A stretch of DNA of 64,000 nt, taken from sequence record NC_055733.1, one strand, 5' to 3'. Of this stretch, positions 52,223 to 61,328 are shown piece by piece. Position numbers and translations under genes: made by a program. Within the stretch, counting starts at the first letter, position 1. Each line of letters begins with the position of its first letter. The notes under the pieces are model-generated. The model was given only the letters and a program-made list of their open reading frames with translations, made no database searches and had not been told where the DNA came from.

Positions 52223-53001
52223 TAGTCGCCCAACTTTTTCAGTTTGTTCTTGATGGTTGCAATACCGTTAGAATAGATCTGCATATTACGCTTGGAAAGT
52301 TCCAGTTGTTCGTTGATCTTGTTCATGTTCAATTCTTCTTGCTGAATACGTTGTTCAGTAGCGTTGAGTTCGGCTTGTAGCTTCTTCCGTTCCGCATCAA
52401 AACTATCATAGTGAGCAAGAATCCGACGCATAGTGGCATCAAACACCTGTGCGCCAAAATCGCGTTGATACAACTCGATTGCCCGCTGTGCTTTCTCAAT
52501 ATCGATCCGAACTACCTCTTTGAAGAAGTGTACCTCAGACGGCATGATGATAGGATATTTCGGACTGTACTTCACCTTCTTGTCACCAATCAGCACTTCA
52601 ACAACGGCACTCAGACTGTTGTGGTTAACGACCTCGAATACTTCGTCGCCAACGATGTTCACAAAATCAGTATTCTCGGAACACTTGATCTTGTATGCAT
52701 TCTTGGAAGCTTCATCTTTGAACTTGTAAGTTTTGCCAACCCCAAGAACAAATGATGCCTGACGACTGGTAGTAAATTGTTTGGCAGCTTTTACAGAGAT
52801 CCAACCCCGTTGAGCGGTCTCACGCTTTTTACCGTCAGCACTCGCTACAGTCATATAAACGCCGTCTTTCTCGTCCAATAGACGGAATTCGAACTCTTTA
52901 TTTTCTTGTGTCCACTTTACCAGTTCGAAGTGACGTTTGGTATCGGTAAACTTGTCCAATAACTTCGGATGCATCGACTTGATGCGATACAGAGTAATCA
53001 T
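52222..53001 (-). CDS. Hypothetical protein (beta domain plus coiled coil)
   Basis: Own promoter TTGACA-17-CATAAT at 53030-53058. Confidence 0.7.
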   Translation of the reverse strand: MITLYRIKSMHPKLLDKFTDTKRHFELVKWTQENKEFEFRLLDEKDGVYMTVASADGKKRETAQRGWISVKAAKQFTTSRQASFVLGVGKTYKFKDEASKNAYKIKCSENTDFVNIVGDEVFEVVNHNSLSAVVEVLIGDKKVKYSPKYPIIMPSEVHFFKEVVRIDIEKAQRAIELYQRDFGAQVFDATMRRILAHYDSFDAERKKLQAELNATEQRIQQEELNMNKINEQLELSKRNMQIYSNGIATIKNKLKKLGD

Positions 53002-53061
53002 TTTTGTTCCTATGGTGTTTTATAGGGCGATTATGCTAGACAATCGCCCAAGTGTCAATAC

Positions 53062-53580
53062 TTACAGCATTTCTTTTCGCTGTGCCAGAGTCTTGGTAAG
53101 AATCTCAATCTTCTCTTCGATTTCACGAATGTTCAGATTGTGCATATCCCATGACTTACGCAGACCAGCAGCGGTGATCTTGGAGTCAGGTGCGTCTGGA
53201 TGATAGGACTTGTGAATCGCCATCAGTTTAGCGAAAGAAGTTTTTGCGAATGCTTCGTCCATGTTGATCTCCACGCTTACAGCGACTTGGAAGTAACGCA
53301 TTTCGGATTCGGCGATCAATGTGGCGCCACTGTCGATATAGATTTGTTTTCCATGCACGTCGGTTAAAGACTTTCGTACATCATCCACCAGTTCGCCTTC
53401 TTTGTTCATTCTGTCGCCATGGAATTCACCTTCAACGATGCGAAACACACCACCGGCGTTTACGATTGCATCTACGATATGGCGATTTATCCGTGCGGCA
53501 TCGCGATATGTATCCTGACATTGTTTGTTCTTGAACTCGTAGTTCTCGCCGATTTTCATAACGTTCATATTTGTGCCCAT
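53062..53580 (-). CDS. Hypothetical protein, paralog family with its neighbours
   Basis: IGENYEFKN...IAESEMRYF. Confidence 0.65.
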   Translation of the reverse strand: MGTNMNVMKIGENYEFKNKQCQDTYRDAARINRHIVDAIVNAGGVFRIVEGEFHGDRMNKEGELVDDVRKSLTDVHGKQIYIDSGATLIAESEMRYFQVAVSVEINMDEAFAKTSFAKLMAIHKSYHPDAPDSKITAAGLRKSWDMHNLNIREIEEKIEILTKTLAQRKEML

Positions 53581-53643
53581 TTCAATTTCCTCAGTTTTGT
53601 TTCAGTAATAATACGGTATCAAATCTCGTTTTGTTCGTCAAGC

Positions 53644-53994
53644 TCAATCTTTAAGAATTTCGATCAAACTTATTTCCATGATTTCAGACTCGCGTCCCGC
53701 TTTGAATGCTGCCTTGATTTTTTCGATCAACTTATTCATAGTCGATTGTTCGGCTTCCTCAAAGTAAACGTAATCTGATTGAAGAATCGGATTATACGTC
53801 ATTGTAACACCGTTCAGCTTATCAACGCAACCCTCAATCACAGAATCAACAACGATAACAGGCTGATTCATTACGTTATGAATCTTGTGATACGCGCTTG
53901 TTCCACTAGCTAGACCCAGATTTTCAAAATACTGCTTTTTGTGTTCATCGCTAATAAAACGGATCTGTTGTCCGTCATACACTCGGTCTATCAT
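53644..53994 (-). CDS. Hypothetical protein, paralog family with its neighbours
   Basis: DGQQIRFIS...ILQSDYVYFEE. Confidence 0.6.
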   Translation of the reverse strand: MIDRVYDGQQIRFISDEHKKQYFENLGLASGTSAYHKIHNVMNQPVIVVDSVIEGCVDKLNGVTMTYNPILQSDYVYFEEAEQSTMNKLIEKIKAAFKAGRESEIMEISLIEILKD

Positions 53995-54185
53995 TGAACT
54001 CTCCTTAGATAGTCTTCCATATCTCCTGTGACTACCTTGGTGATTTTACGTCCTTGATAGAAGAATGTCAATATGCTCATGTCTTTTCTTAGCCAAAGAC
54101 ACGGAGTAAACATAACATCTTCTACCAAAGATCCCGCTTTTACGTCATGAATGTTTTTCAGTAGTCTAAATTTGAGTTTTTTCAT
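53991..54185 (-). CDS. Hypothetical protein
   Basis: ATGA-coupled. Confidence 0.55.
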   Translation of the reverse strand: MKKLKFRLLKNIHDVKAGSLVEDVMFTPCLWLRKDMSILTFFYQGRKITKVVTGDMEDYLRRVQ

Positions 54186-54589
54186 GATTTATGAGTTGCA
54201 CCGTATATTGAGACAATACACCCAATAAATGCAGTCAGAAGACCAAGCAGAAAGACAGGTGCGGATCTTTCTAGGATATTCTTCGTTTTCATTGAATCCG
54301 CTTCAATCATGAAATTGGTGCCAGACGGATATTTTGACATTTCTTGATATGCAAGTGGGTGATAGTTGTTCACAACGTATTCGTTAACCCTAGCGTCAAT
54401 AAAACGACACTTAAACACTTCTGATACGCTGTGTTTACTGCCTTCAAGTCTGGTATAGCAGCCGTCAAGTGGCATACTTACCATTTCTTTATCCTGACAA
54501 CCGGCGTATATAAATCCGCCTGCGCCAACTGCGAATGAAAGCAACCCACCCACAATCATGCCAATTCCAGTCTTTTCGATTTTATTCAT
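54182..54589 (-). CDS. Two-TM membrane protein with a periplasmic domain
   Basis: Start moved to MNKIEK; N- and C-terminal TMs. Confidence 0.65.
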   Translation of the reverse strand: MNKIEKTGIGMIVGGLLSFAVGAGGFIYAGCQDKEMVSMPLDGCYTRLEGSKHSVSEVFKCRFIDARVNEYVVNNYHPLAYQEMSKYPSGTNFMIEADSMKTKNILERSAPVFLLGLLTAFIGCIVSIYGATHKS

Positions 54590-54741
54590 GACGTTTTCCT
54601 CATTAGTTTTGGTACGTATACCATAGCGCCTGCGGTGGTCAATGTCAACACTACACCGAACAAAAGTCCGATTTTTCCGAAGAAATGTACCATAACGAAA
54701 CATAGAACATTAACGACAATACACATTAAAACTTTTATCAT
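54586..54741 (-). CDS. 51-aa hydrophobic membrane protein (not in the track)
   Basis: MIKVLMCIVVNVLCFVMVHFFGKIGLLFGVVL...; ATGA-coupled. Confidence 0.55.
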   Translation of the reverse strand: MIKVLMCIVVNVLCFVMVHFFGKIGLLFGVVLTLTTAGAMVYVPKLMRKTS

Positions 54742-54787
54742 GTTGATTTCCAAATGAAAAATCCCGCCGAAGCGGGATTTGAGCTAA

Positions 54788-55870
54788 TTAGATACCCGTA
54801 AAATACTGTATGATCTCATAATGATCATCAAAGAAGTTATGACGATTGCGGCGTACCATATGCATCGGCATCCAGAACACATCGCGAACTTCATCACGCG
54901 GCTTAACAGCAGGTAGCTTTCCGTCGTTATCCGGCTGCAATTCAATGTACAGAGCCAAAGTCGGCTTGCAGATCGGGTAACTGCGACCTGGGTAATCGAA
55001 AATCTTTTCTTTCTTGACGGACCCGCGAATCACCCGTTCGGGAACTTTTAGACGAACTTCCTCTCGTAGCTCACGAATCGCACACTCTTTATAGGTTTCG
55101 TCTTCGTTCTTATGACCACCTGGCAGAGCATACGCGCCGAGTCCTGGCAGATTTCCACGAATTGTAACGAGCAAGTGACCGTTGCAAGTAACTACGGCAT
55201 CACCAGTAGAACAGTTCAGAGCCTCGCGATATGGATACGCTTCCATTTTCTTGAGTTCTTTGATATTGTGTTGGTGTTCTTTCGCCAGTCTGTCATACTC
55301 TTCCGATTTCTTGACCTTGTAGGATTTCAGCCACTCGATAACTCCTGGTGTAACAATCTCACTATGCAACTCCGTGAAATCGAACTCTGGGTCAAAGAAA
55401 GAATCGCGAATGAAAGTAGCACTGATCGGCTTACCGTTGTGCATTTGGCATTCAATTTCAGTCAGTTCCCAGCCGAAAGTCTCAAGCCACCAACTGTTTT
55501 TGTCTTTCTTGTTACCAACCATGGTAATTTTGTCGCCGAGTTGCTCGTCTACCGCGTCTCGAATATCAGCTTGCCAACGTTCATTGGTATAGTTGCTATC
55601 GTCAACATAACGAAAGTTTACTTTACTAGGATCGAGTCCGTAATCTTTCATGCCAATACGGAGCATTGCTTCACGTTCGGCGGGACGGAACGGGTTTTTC
55701 ATATTCGGATATGCATTCGCGGAACCCAAGATAATATATACTTTTTTTGCAACGCTCATTGCAACGCGAATCATTTCCAGATGGCCGATATGATTAATCT
55801 GATATCTGCCGTTTACCACTGCTTTGTCATACACTTTATTCATTTCCCAAAACTCCTTTGGTAATGCCAC
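54788..55870 (-). CDS. Bifunctional NMN adenylyltransferase/Nudix ADP-ribose pyrophosphatase (NadM-Nudix, NatV-like)
   Basis: GRYQINHIGH (HxGH), KNPF...R, ISATFIR; Nudix box GGHKNEDETYKECAIRELREEV. Confidence 0.9.
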   Translation of the reverse strand: MALPKEFWEMNKVYDKAVVNGRYQINHIGHLEMIRVAMSVAKKVYIILGSANAYPNMKNPFRPAEREAMLRIGMKDYGLDPSKVNFRYVDDSNYTNERWQADIRDAVDEQLGDKITMVGNKKDKNSWWLETFGWELTEIECQMHNGKPISATFIRDSFFDPEFDFTELHSEIVTPGVIEWLKSYKVKKSEEYDRLAKEHQHNIKELKKMEAYPYREALNCSTGDAVVTCNGHLLVTIRGNLPGLGAYALPGGHKNEDETYKECAIRELREEVRLKVPERVIRGSVKKEKIFDYPGRSYPICKPTLALYIELQPDNDGKLPAVKPRDEVRDVFWMPMHMVRRNRHNFFDDHYEIIQYFTGI

Positions 55871-55901
55871 ACTCAGAGCGGTGGCTTAACTCATAAACAC
55901 A

Positions 55902-56126
55902 TTATACACGATTTGCGACATTCATCAAGAGATTTATCGCATCTTTTCTAAAACTATCTGGCAGATTGAAACAACAGGTATCCCATATGTTATTCCGCAA
56001 GATAGTGGTAGTCAAGTTTCGTGACTCCAGTTTAACAATGTGGCTTTCACCACACTGTCTCACATACTTACCAAGATACATCACACCGTCATAAAGTGCA
56101 AGAACAATTTCGTTTTCTTCAAACAT
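55902..56126 (-). CDS. Hypothetical protein
   Basis: Start moved to MFEENE. Confidence 0.55.
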   Translation of the reverse strand: MFEENEIVLALYDGVMYLGKYVRQCGESHIVKLESRNLTTTILRNNIWDTCCFNLPDSFRKDAINLLMNVANRV

Positions 56127-56316
56127 TATCTTTGTACCAGTAATAGCTACAGGAGAACGTATTCGACTTTGGGACAACGGAAACACCTTTCTCTGTAGAT
56201 ACCTCTACACTATCTCCCAAGTCTCGTTGGATAACGGCCTGATAGCTATAGCCGCTAATTAACACTTTACACGGGTTACCGACTTTGTATTCTTTTAATC
56301 CGTATCTCAAGCTCAT
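56119..56316 (-). CDS. Hypothetical SH3-like protein
   Basis: Coupled ORF. Confidence 0.55.
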   Translation of the reverse strand: MSLRYGLKEYKVGNPCKVLISGYSYQAVIQRDLGDSVEVSTEKGVSVVPKSNTFSCSYYWYKDNV

Positions 56317-56570
56317 TTGTTTTTACAAACCGCGTTTGCCTCCTGAAACTTAGAATAATCACGGAAAGGGTTAGAGATAACGTAAATCGAAACTAACCCA
56401 ATTCGACTGTGCAGCTCACACAAGTGCGCGGGAGGATTACCTTCTAGGATCGCATTCTCCATGCGATTCATTAACTTTTCGGTATCACTTCTTAACATCA
56501 ATGCGGAAACAACAGCACTTGACGCAAAAGCCAGAATCAAAATCAATAGACCGCGAGTTAAATCATTCAT
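56313..56570 (-). CDS. N-anchored periplasmic protein (2 Cys)
   Basis: TM plus EANAVCK. Confidence 0.6.
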   Translation of the reverse strand: MNDLTRGLLILILAFASSAVVSALMLRSDTEKLMNRMENAILEGNPPAHLCELHSRIGLVSIYVISNPFRDYSKFQEANAVCKNK

Positions 56571-56920
56571 CGGTTAACCTCATTGAGACAATAATTATAG
56601 ACATCCATGTTTCGTTTCAGTTTAACGGCAAGCTCGGTCCTGAGTGTCAGTTTATAACAAGCGTTTTTCAGATACACACGATATTGTCCCCTTGCTTCGG
56701 ACAAAGCCATAGCGTTTCTATCATAAATTTCTTCTTGCTCTCGATATGTGATTTGATCATCAACATGGACAAAATCGTCTCGGTTGCGAATCACATCACC
56801 TTCAAGCCGGATCAATTCCGAAACATACATTTTATCAAACTGCTTTTCCATGAACATGATACCGGTTCCGATTATAGCAGCGAATCCAACCAATCCCAGA
56901 TAAGTCTTCCAATTATTCAT
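56567..56920 (-). CDS. N-anchored periplasmic protein (2 Cys)
   Basis: TM plus NAC...YNYC. Confidence 0.6.
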   Translation of the reverse strand: MNNWKTYLGLVGFAAIIGTGIMFMEKQFDKMYVSELIRLEGDVIRNRDDFVHVDDQITYREQEEIYDRNAMALSEARGQYRVYLKNACYKLTLRTELAVKLKRNMDVYNYCLNEVNR

Positions 56921-57341
56921 CCAAATTTACTCCATGAGACTTACAAATTTTGTTGGCTTCGATAACGTCTTGCATGAACTTAGTGCCGTCTTTCAAATCG
57001 ATTTCGGTACGTTCGTCCTGTGTGCGATATATCTTGCATGTATAATAAATCTGACGGTGTGAGTTATCAATCAAATTGCGATTGATTTCCTGAATTTTCC
57101 TCAGATTATCAACGCTCATTGAGCCAATCAACCCGATTTCTTCCTCGTGATATCGTTTGCGGTCTTCTTTCAGATCGATATGGCGCTTTATGATCTCGTT
57201 TACGTATTCTTGCTCTACAGACCAAATCATTGGAACATTCATTTCATAGCTGATCGCTCGGTGTTCTTGATAAGCAGCGCCAGCAATAAAAGCTCCACAG
57301 AAAATGATTGTTCCTAATAGTGCTACTTTGTATCGTTTCAT
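56913..57341 (-). CDS. N-anchored periplasmic protein
   Basis: TM plus YTC...EANKICK. Confidence 0.6.
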   Translation of the reverse strand: MKRYKVALLGTIIFCGAFIAGAAYQEHRAISYEMNVPMIWSVEQEYVNEIIKRHIDLKEDRKRYHEEEIGLIGSMSVDNLRKIQEINRNLIDNSHRQIYYTCKIYRTQDERTEIDLKDGTKFMQDVIEANKICKSHGVNLDE

Positions 57342-57553
57342 TTCAGGGTCTCCGGTTTAACAGTAGCGAAATTCAGAATAGTTTGTCCGTATCCGTTGTC
57401 ATCGGTGAAAACCGGTTTCATATACATTGGAAAGTCAAACTTGCTATACTCTCGGGCAACGAAATCATAGTAGCCAACTTCGGTCAAGAAACCCAGATAT
57501 TCAGCTTTGGCGTTCAGAAGAGTGTAACCGATTTTGATCATAAAGTCGTGCAT
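57338..57553 (-). CDS. Hypothetical protein
   Basis: GGAG RBS. Confidence 0.55.
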   Translation of the reverse strand: MHDFMIKIGYTLLNAKAEYLGFLTEVGYYDFVAREYSKFDFPMYMKPVFTDDNGYGQTILNFATVKPETLK

Positions 57554-57562
57554 GATAGCTCC

Positions 57563-57922
57563 TTATTTTTTGAAAGTGATTTCGGTGCCGTTTTCGCACA
57601 GTACGGTGATTTCGGTGTTGCTAACGATATGAACGACTTGGAATTGCTGGGTTTTGAACTTGCGATCCATGACGTTAAAGCTAGTTTTGTAACGGTATTT
57701 CTTGCCAGCTTCTACTGGAGTTTTGCCGAACAGCTTCTTGTAAATCTCGTATTCGCTACTGTGGGAGATTACAGCAACTTTACCATCAGAGTCAAGCAAC
57801 ATATAAGACGGCATAACAAATTGTTGAGTGTTATCATAAACGTGGAATCCGAGTTTCTTTGCTGCTTCCAGTTCTTTCAGGGTTTGCAGACCTTTAACAT
57901 TCATTACGTTTTGCTTGCTCAA
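57563..57922 (-). CDS. Hypothetical early protein (TTG start)
   Basis: First gene after an early promoter cassette. Confidence 0.65.
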   Translation of the reverse strand: MSKQNVMNVKGLQTLKELEAAKKLGFHVYDNTQQFVMPSYMLLDSDGKVAVISHSSEYEIYKKLFGKTPVEAGKKYRYKTSFNVMDRKFKTQQFQVVHIVSNTEITVLCENGTEITFKK

Positions 57923-57929
57923 GATAACT

Positions 57930-57990
57930 TCCTCAGATTGTGTGTTTCGATTTGGCTATAATAACAGGACTAGATTTTGATGCAAGCACT
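57930..57990 (-). promoter_or_regulatory. Early promoter cassette, copy B
   Basis: TTGCAT-16-(TGT)TATTAT, then ATCGAAAC...CTGAGGA. Confidence 0.75.
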
Positions 57991-58028
57991 TTCTGAAAAA
58001 TAAAAATCCCGCCGAAGCGGGATTATTG

Positions 58029-58592
58029 TTAGCGGAGCTTGATTGTCTTAGCTTCACCAGTTTCGAAAGCTTCGTTGGTCTCTTTGTCCAACACAATCTT
58101 ACACAGAGAATCGATATCTTTCTTCGGGAAACCAGCTACGCGAGAGAAGAAGCCAGACATCACATAGTTAAGCTGATTTTCATAGCCAGTACAAACGTCC
58201 AGCTTTTTATCTTGACTCAGTTTGAACTCATTACGACCAGCTTCCATCGCTACTTGCAGACTCTTATACATAGAGCTATCAAATTGCAGGTTGTTTTCAG
58301 TCATGAACTGAGTAACAGCTTTAGAGCCATCTTTACCGTATCTACCTTGGAAAGTCGCGTCAATGATCTTTTTCAGGTCAGCGGTGTACATGTCCGGAAT
58401 TTGAGCCATGTCACGAATCTTGAGGGTGTAGTTGCTCAGAGTGTTCTGGCTTGCTTTGTGGAACTTCTCGATATTCGATTCCATCTGAGTGTTGGTGTTT
58501 GAGGTACTAACGTACATGCCAACAAAACCAACAACAGGAACAACAACCAGACCAAGAACAAACACGATAACAGCAATCAAAGTTTTATTCAT
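58029..58592 (-). CDS. LemA-like membrane-anchored helical protein
   Basis: N-terminal TM, YVSTSNTNTQME..I, RNEF..Q, FFSRVAGFP tail. Confidence 0.6.
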   Translation of the reverse strand: MNKTLIAVIVFVLGLVVVPVVGFVGMYVSTSNTNTQMESNIEKFHKASQNTLSNYTLKIRDMAQIPDMYTADLKKIIDATFQGRYGKDGSKAVTQFMTENNLQFDSSMYKSLQVAMEAGRNEFKLSQDKKLDVCTGYENQLNYVMSGFFSRVAGFPKKDIDSLCKIVLDKETNEAFETGEAKTIKLR

Positions 58593-58601
58593 TTTAGTAC
58601 C

Positions 58602-59657
58602 TTAGTTTTTAGTGAAGAAGTAACCAACAGCGATTGAAGAACCAATACCAACGATAAGTGATAGAATAATTACCCACATTGGAGGCTCTACTTGATCTTT
58701 CAAGTATTCAAACTGTTCCATAGGAAGTCTGTTATACTTGTTGGCTATAATATTAACTTGAGATTTCAACAAGTCAAGCGTTATTTCTTTGTCTACCGAT
58801 TCATTTCGCAGAGTAACATGAAGTTCTTGATTTCCCATGCCGTTGCCTAAGCTAGTGCTCTGGAACCAAGAGACTTTATTGCCGTCTACTCCATAAATCA
58901 TGATAACATCGTTTTTCTTGCCACCGGACCAATTGTAAATCAGTGCGTCGGCGTAGTCAATCGGATTTTTTGTCAATACCGCAATAATGTTGATCTGTTT
59001 CTCTTTACCCAAAGATTTCAGAACAGTTTCCAGGTAAGTGTTCCAGTCTCGGGTATCCGCACCGGACATATTGATAACGCGATTAACATTATAGTAATCA
59101 AACACTTCTGGGTATTTCGGGATCTCGTTCTTATACTTTTCAATCAAATTCTTGTCATGCGCAAACAGAGAATCTGATGCCGCTTTGATATAGTTGGTAT
59201 AAGCGTGTTCTTTAGCAGCCGGATCTCCGATTTGAACTTTAGAGAAACGCGGCGGCTCAAGACTACCACGACGATCAATCCGATCAATTTCAAAAGTGCC
59301 TACGGTAGTGTGAACATCCCAATCCCAGTCGTTCGAATGCTCATAACAGGTATCACATACCCGAGTTGTAGAACATGAACGACTTTTACCGGAACCAGAG
59401 CATGAGCGAACATTACGACAACGACAGTCGTAGCTATGGGAACAGCTAACATAAGTTTGTTCCTTTGACGTCACGTAACCACTAAGAATTTCGGTATCGT
59501 ACATCGCACGATAAGTACCGAGTCCATACACCATTCCAGTTAATGCCACAGCTATGGCAGCGTTTGCCGCCATTTCGCCATAGGTATACTCGCGTTTGAA
59601 CCAAAACTTGTATATGAACGGCACAAGCAGTGGCACGATCAAAATCAAATAGAACAT
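58602..59657 (-). CDS. Membrane protein with a periplasmic TPM-like domain
   Basis: Two N-terminal TMs, Cys-rich loop, KQINIIAVL..WSGGKKNDVIMI, C-terminal TM. Confidence 0.6.
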   Translation of the reverse strand: MFYLILIVPLLVPFIYKFWFKREYTYGEMAANAAIAVALTGMVYGLGTYRAMYDTEILSGYVTSKEQTYVSCSHSYDCRCRNVRSCSGSGKSRSCSTTRVCDTCYEHSNDWDWDVHTTVGTFEIDRIDRRGSLEPPRFSKVQIGDPAAKEHAYTNYIKAASDSLFAHDKNLIEKYKNEIPKYPEVFDYYNVNRVINMSGADTRDWNTYLETVLKSLGKEKQINIIAVLTKNPIDYADALIYNWSGGKKNDVIMIYGVDGNKVSWFQSTSLGNGMGNQELHVTLRNESVDKEITLDLLKSQVNIIANKYNRLPMEQFEYLKDQVEPPMWVIILSLIVGIGSSIAVGYFFTKN

Positions 59658-59667
59658 TATGTTATCC

Positions 59668-60681
59668 TCATTTTACTAATGCATCTGCGATCCTGTTAAT
59701 GCGATCACACATCATCGCACGTCCAAGTTCTTTACCTTGTTCACTATACGCGGAAGCAACCACAGAGTCAAATGCTTTTTCAGCGGATTCGAACTTTTCT
59801 TTGCTAACTTGATTTTCATCAACAAAGTAGTTTTTGATCTCTTCTCGGAACTTATTCCGAGTCGCGTTCAGTGCTGTATACAATCTAACATTCAACGCGG
59901 TATCTTGCAAGCTGTTTTTCACGATATCAGCGAACTTTTTGAACTCACTTGGTACTTTCACAACTGAATAAAACTTGGCAAGTTGCTCCGTGTTCATATC
60001 ATATGCGATTGCCGCGAATTGCTCAACAGGAGCACCATTACCATGACGATGAATTGTCCATCCCGCATGAATACCTAGTGCTTTGAATGCACCGGTGCAA
60101 TGCATGTTCATAAGGAAATCGGACATATTTTTGCCGAATGACTTTTCAAACTCAAGCCAGATTCGCTCCGAGGTCAAGTGATCCATTCGACCATCTTTGA
60201 TGCATCGTAGAATGCATTCCAGCGTGAGCGTAGACAGACGGAAATCATAACGTGCCGCAAATCGACAAGCACGGAGAACACGTACTGGGTCCTCGTGAAA
60301 CGCTTGTGGATTAACTACATTTACCACGCGATCTTTGATATCCTGTTGGCCGTTGTACGGGTCAACGAGTACACCATTCATACCAAGAGCCATTGCATTC
60401 ATTGTAAAGTCACGACGCAACAAATCTTGTTCGAGTGTCACATTCGGGTTAAAGTCGGTAACGAAATCGTTATAGCCTTTGCCAGTAGAACGTTCGGTAC
60501 GAGCAAGTGCATATTCTTGACCCAGATCATCGAGATAAACCGGAAAATCTGCGCCTACTTGCTTGTATCCTTTAGCGATCATTTCATCGTGGGTAGAACC
60601 CACGATAACGTAATCTCGGTCTTTTGGCTGACGATTCATTACCATATCGCGAACAGCGCCGCCTACCAAATAGATGTTCAT
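59668..60681 (-). CDS. cca: tRNA nucleotidyltransferase (CCA-adding-like, class II)
   Basis: YLVGGAVRD, DRDYV, LARTERS, DLLRRDFTMNAMA, EDPVRVLR, ERIWLE. Confidence 0.92.
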   Translation of the reverse strand: MNIYLVGGAVRDMVMNRQPKDRDYVIVGSTHDEMIAKGYKQVGADFPVYLDDLGQEYALARTERSTGKGYNDFVTDFNPNVTLEQDLLRRDFTMNAMALGMNGVLVDPYNGQQDIKDRVVNVVNPQAFHEDPVRVLRACRFAARYDFRLSTLTLECILRCIKDGRMDHLTSERIWLEFEKSFGKNMSDFLMNMHCTGAFKALGIHAGWTIHRHGNGAPVEQFAAIAYDMNTEQLAKFYSVVKVPSEFKKFADIVKNSLQDTALNVRLYTALNATRNKFREEIKNYFVDENQVSKEKFESAEKAFDSVVASAYSEQGKELGRAMMCDRINRIADALVK

Positions 60682-60917
60682 TATCGTATCCTCGCTTGAT
60701 AGAATTCAGTTAAGTAACGAGCCCAGTTATCATGAACCGACAATGTGGGATTACCATTACCACGTGGGATATTTTGACACATGGTGATATAGCTGTCAAG
60801 TTTATCAAACGTTTCCACCGCTAGTAATTTGATGGCAGGATCGTTTTTCGTCATCGATTCTTTGACGTCATATCGAAGTTTGTACGCTTGATCATATGTA
60901 AAGATAATCATTACCAA
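60681..60917 (-). CDS. Hypothetical protein
   Basis: Coupled ORF. Confidence 0.5.
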   Translation of the reverse strand: MVMIIFTYDQAYKLRYDVKESMTKNDPAIKLLAVETFDKLDSYITMCQNIPRGNGNPTLSVHDNWARYLTEFYQARIR

Positions 60918-61168
60918 TCCTTACTGATTCTTATCAGACTTTTAATTGCTTCAAATGAACGGATGTCCATTGACAATGTAGTGCCTCCAACGGAGGTTTC
61001 CAGATTTTCAACAACATAAATCAGATTATTGATCTTTTTACCGATTCTCTCCAACAGAGAGGCATCAAGACTGCCAACTTTACGTTGTTTTTCTTGATCG
61101 TTCAACATAATTTCGATCAGTTCGTTGACTTTTTTCGCGGTATTATACCCGATAGTGTAACCAAACAT
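60911..61168 (-). CDS. Hypothetical protein
   Basis: GGAG RBS. Confidence 0.6.
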   Translation of the reverse strand: MFGYTIGYNTAKKVNELIEIMLNDQEKQRKVGSLDASLLERIGKKINNLIYVVENLETSVGGTTLSMDIRSFEAIKSLIRISKDW

Positions 61169-61177
61169 AAATTCTCC

Positions 61178-61327
61178 TTAGATCTTATGATGAAAGTAAA
61201 ACAATGTCATAGACGCCGCCAACTCGCCGATGATAATCCAATTAAGCTCATATCCGTTTTGTACGATAGTCATGCCAGCGAGCATACCCAAAACTGTACC
61301 GAGTGTTTGTAACATTGATTTCAACAT
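61178..61327 (-). CDS. 49-aa membrane protein (not in the track)
   Basis: MLKSMLQTLGTVLGMLAGMTIV...; GGAG RBS. Confidence 0.55.
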   Translation of the reverse strand: MLKSMLQTLGTVLGMLAGMTIVQNGYELNWIIIGELAASMTLFYFHHKI

Positions 61328-61328
61328 A

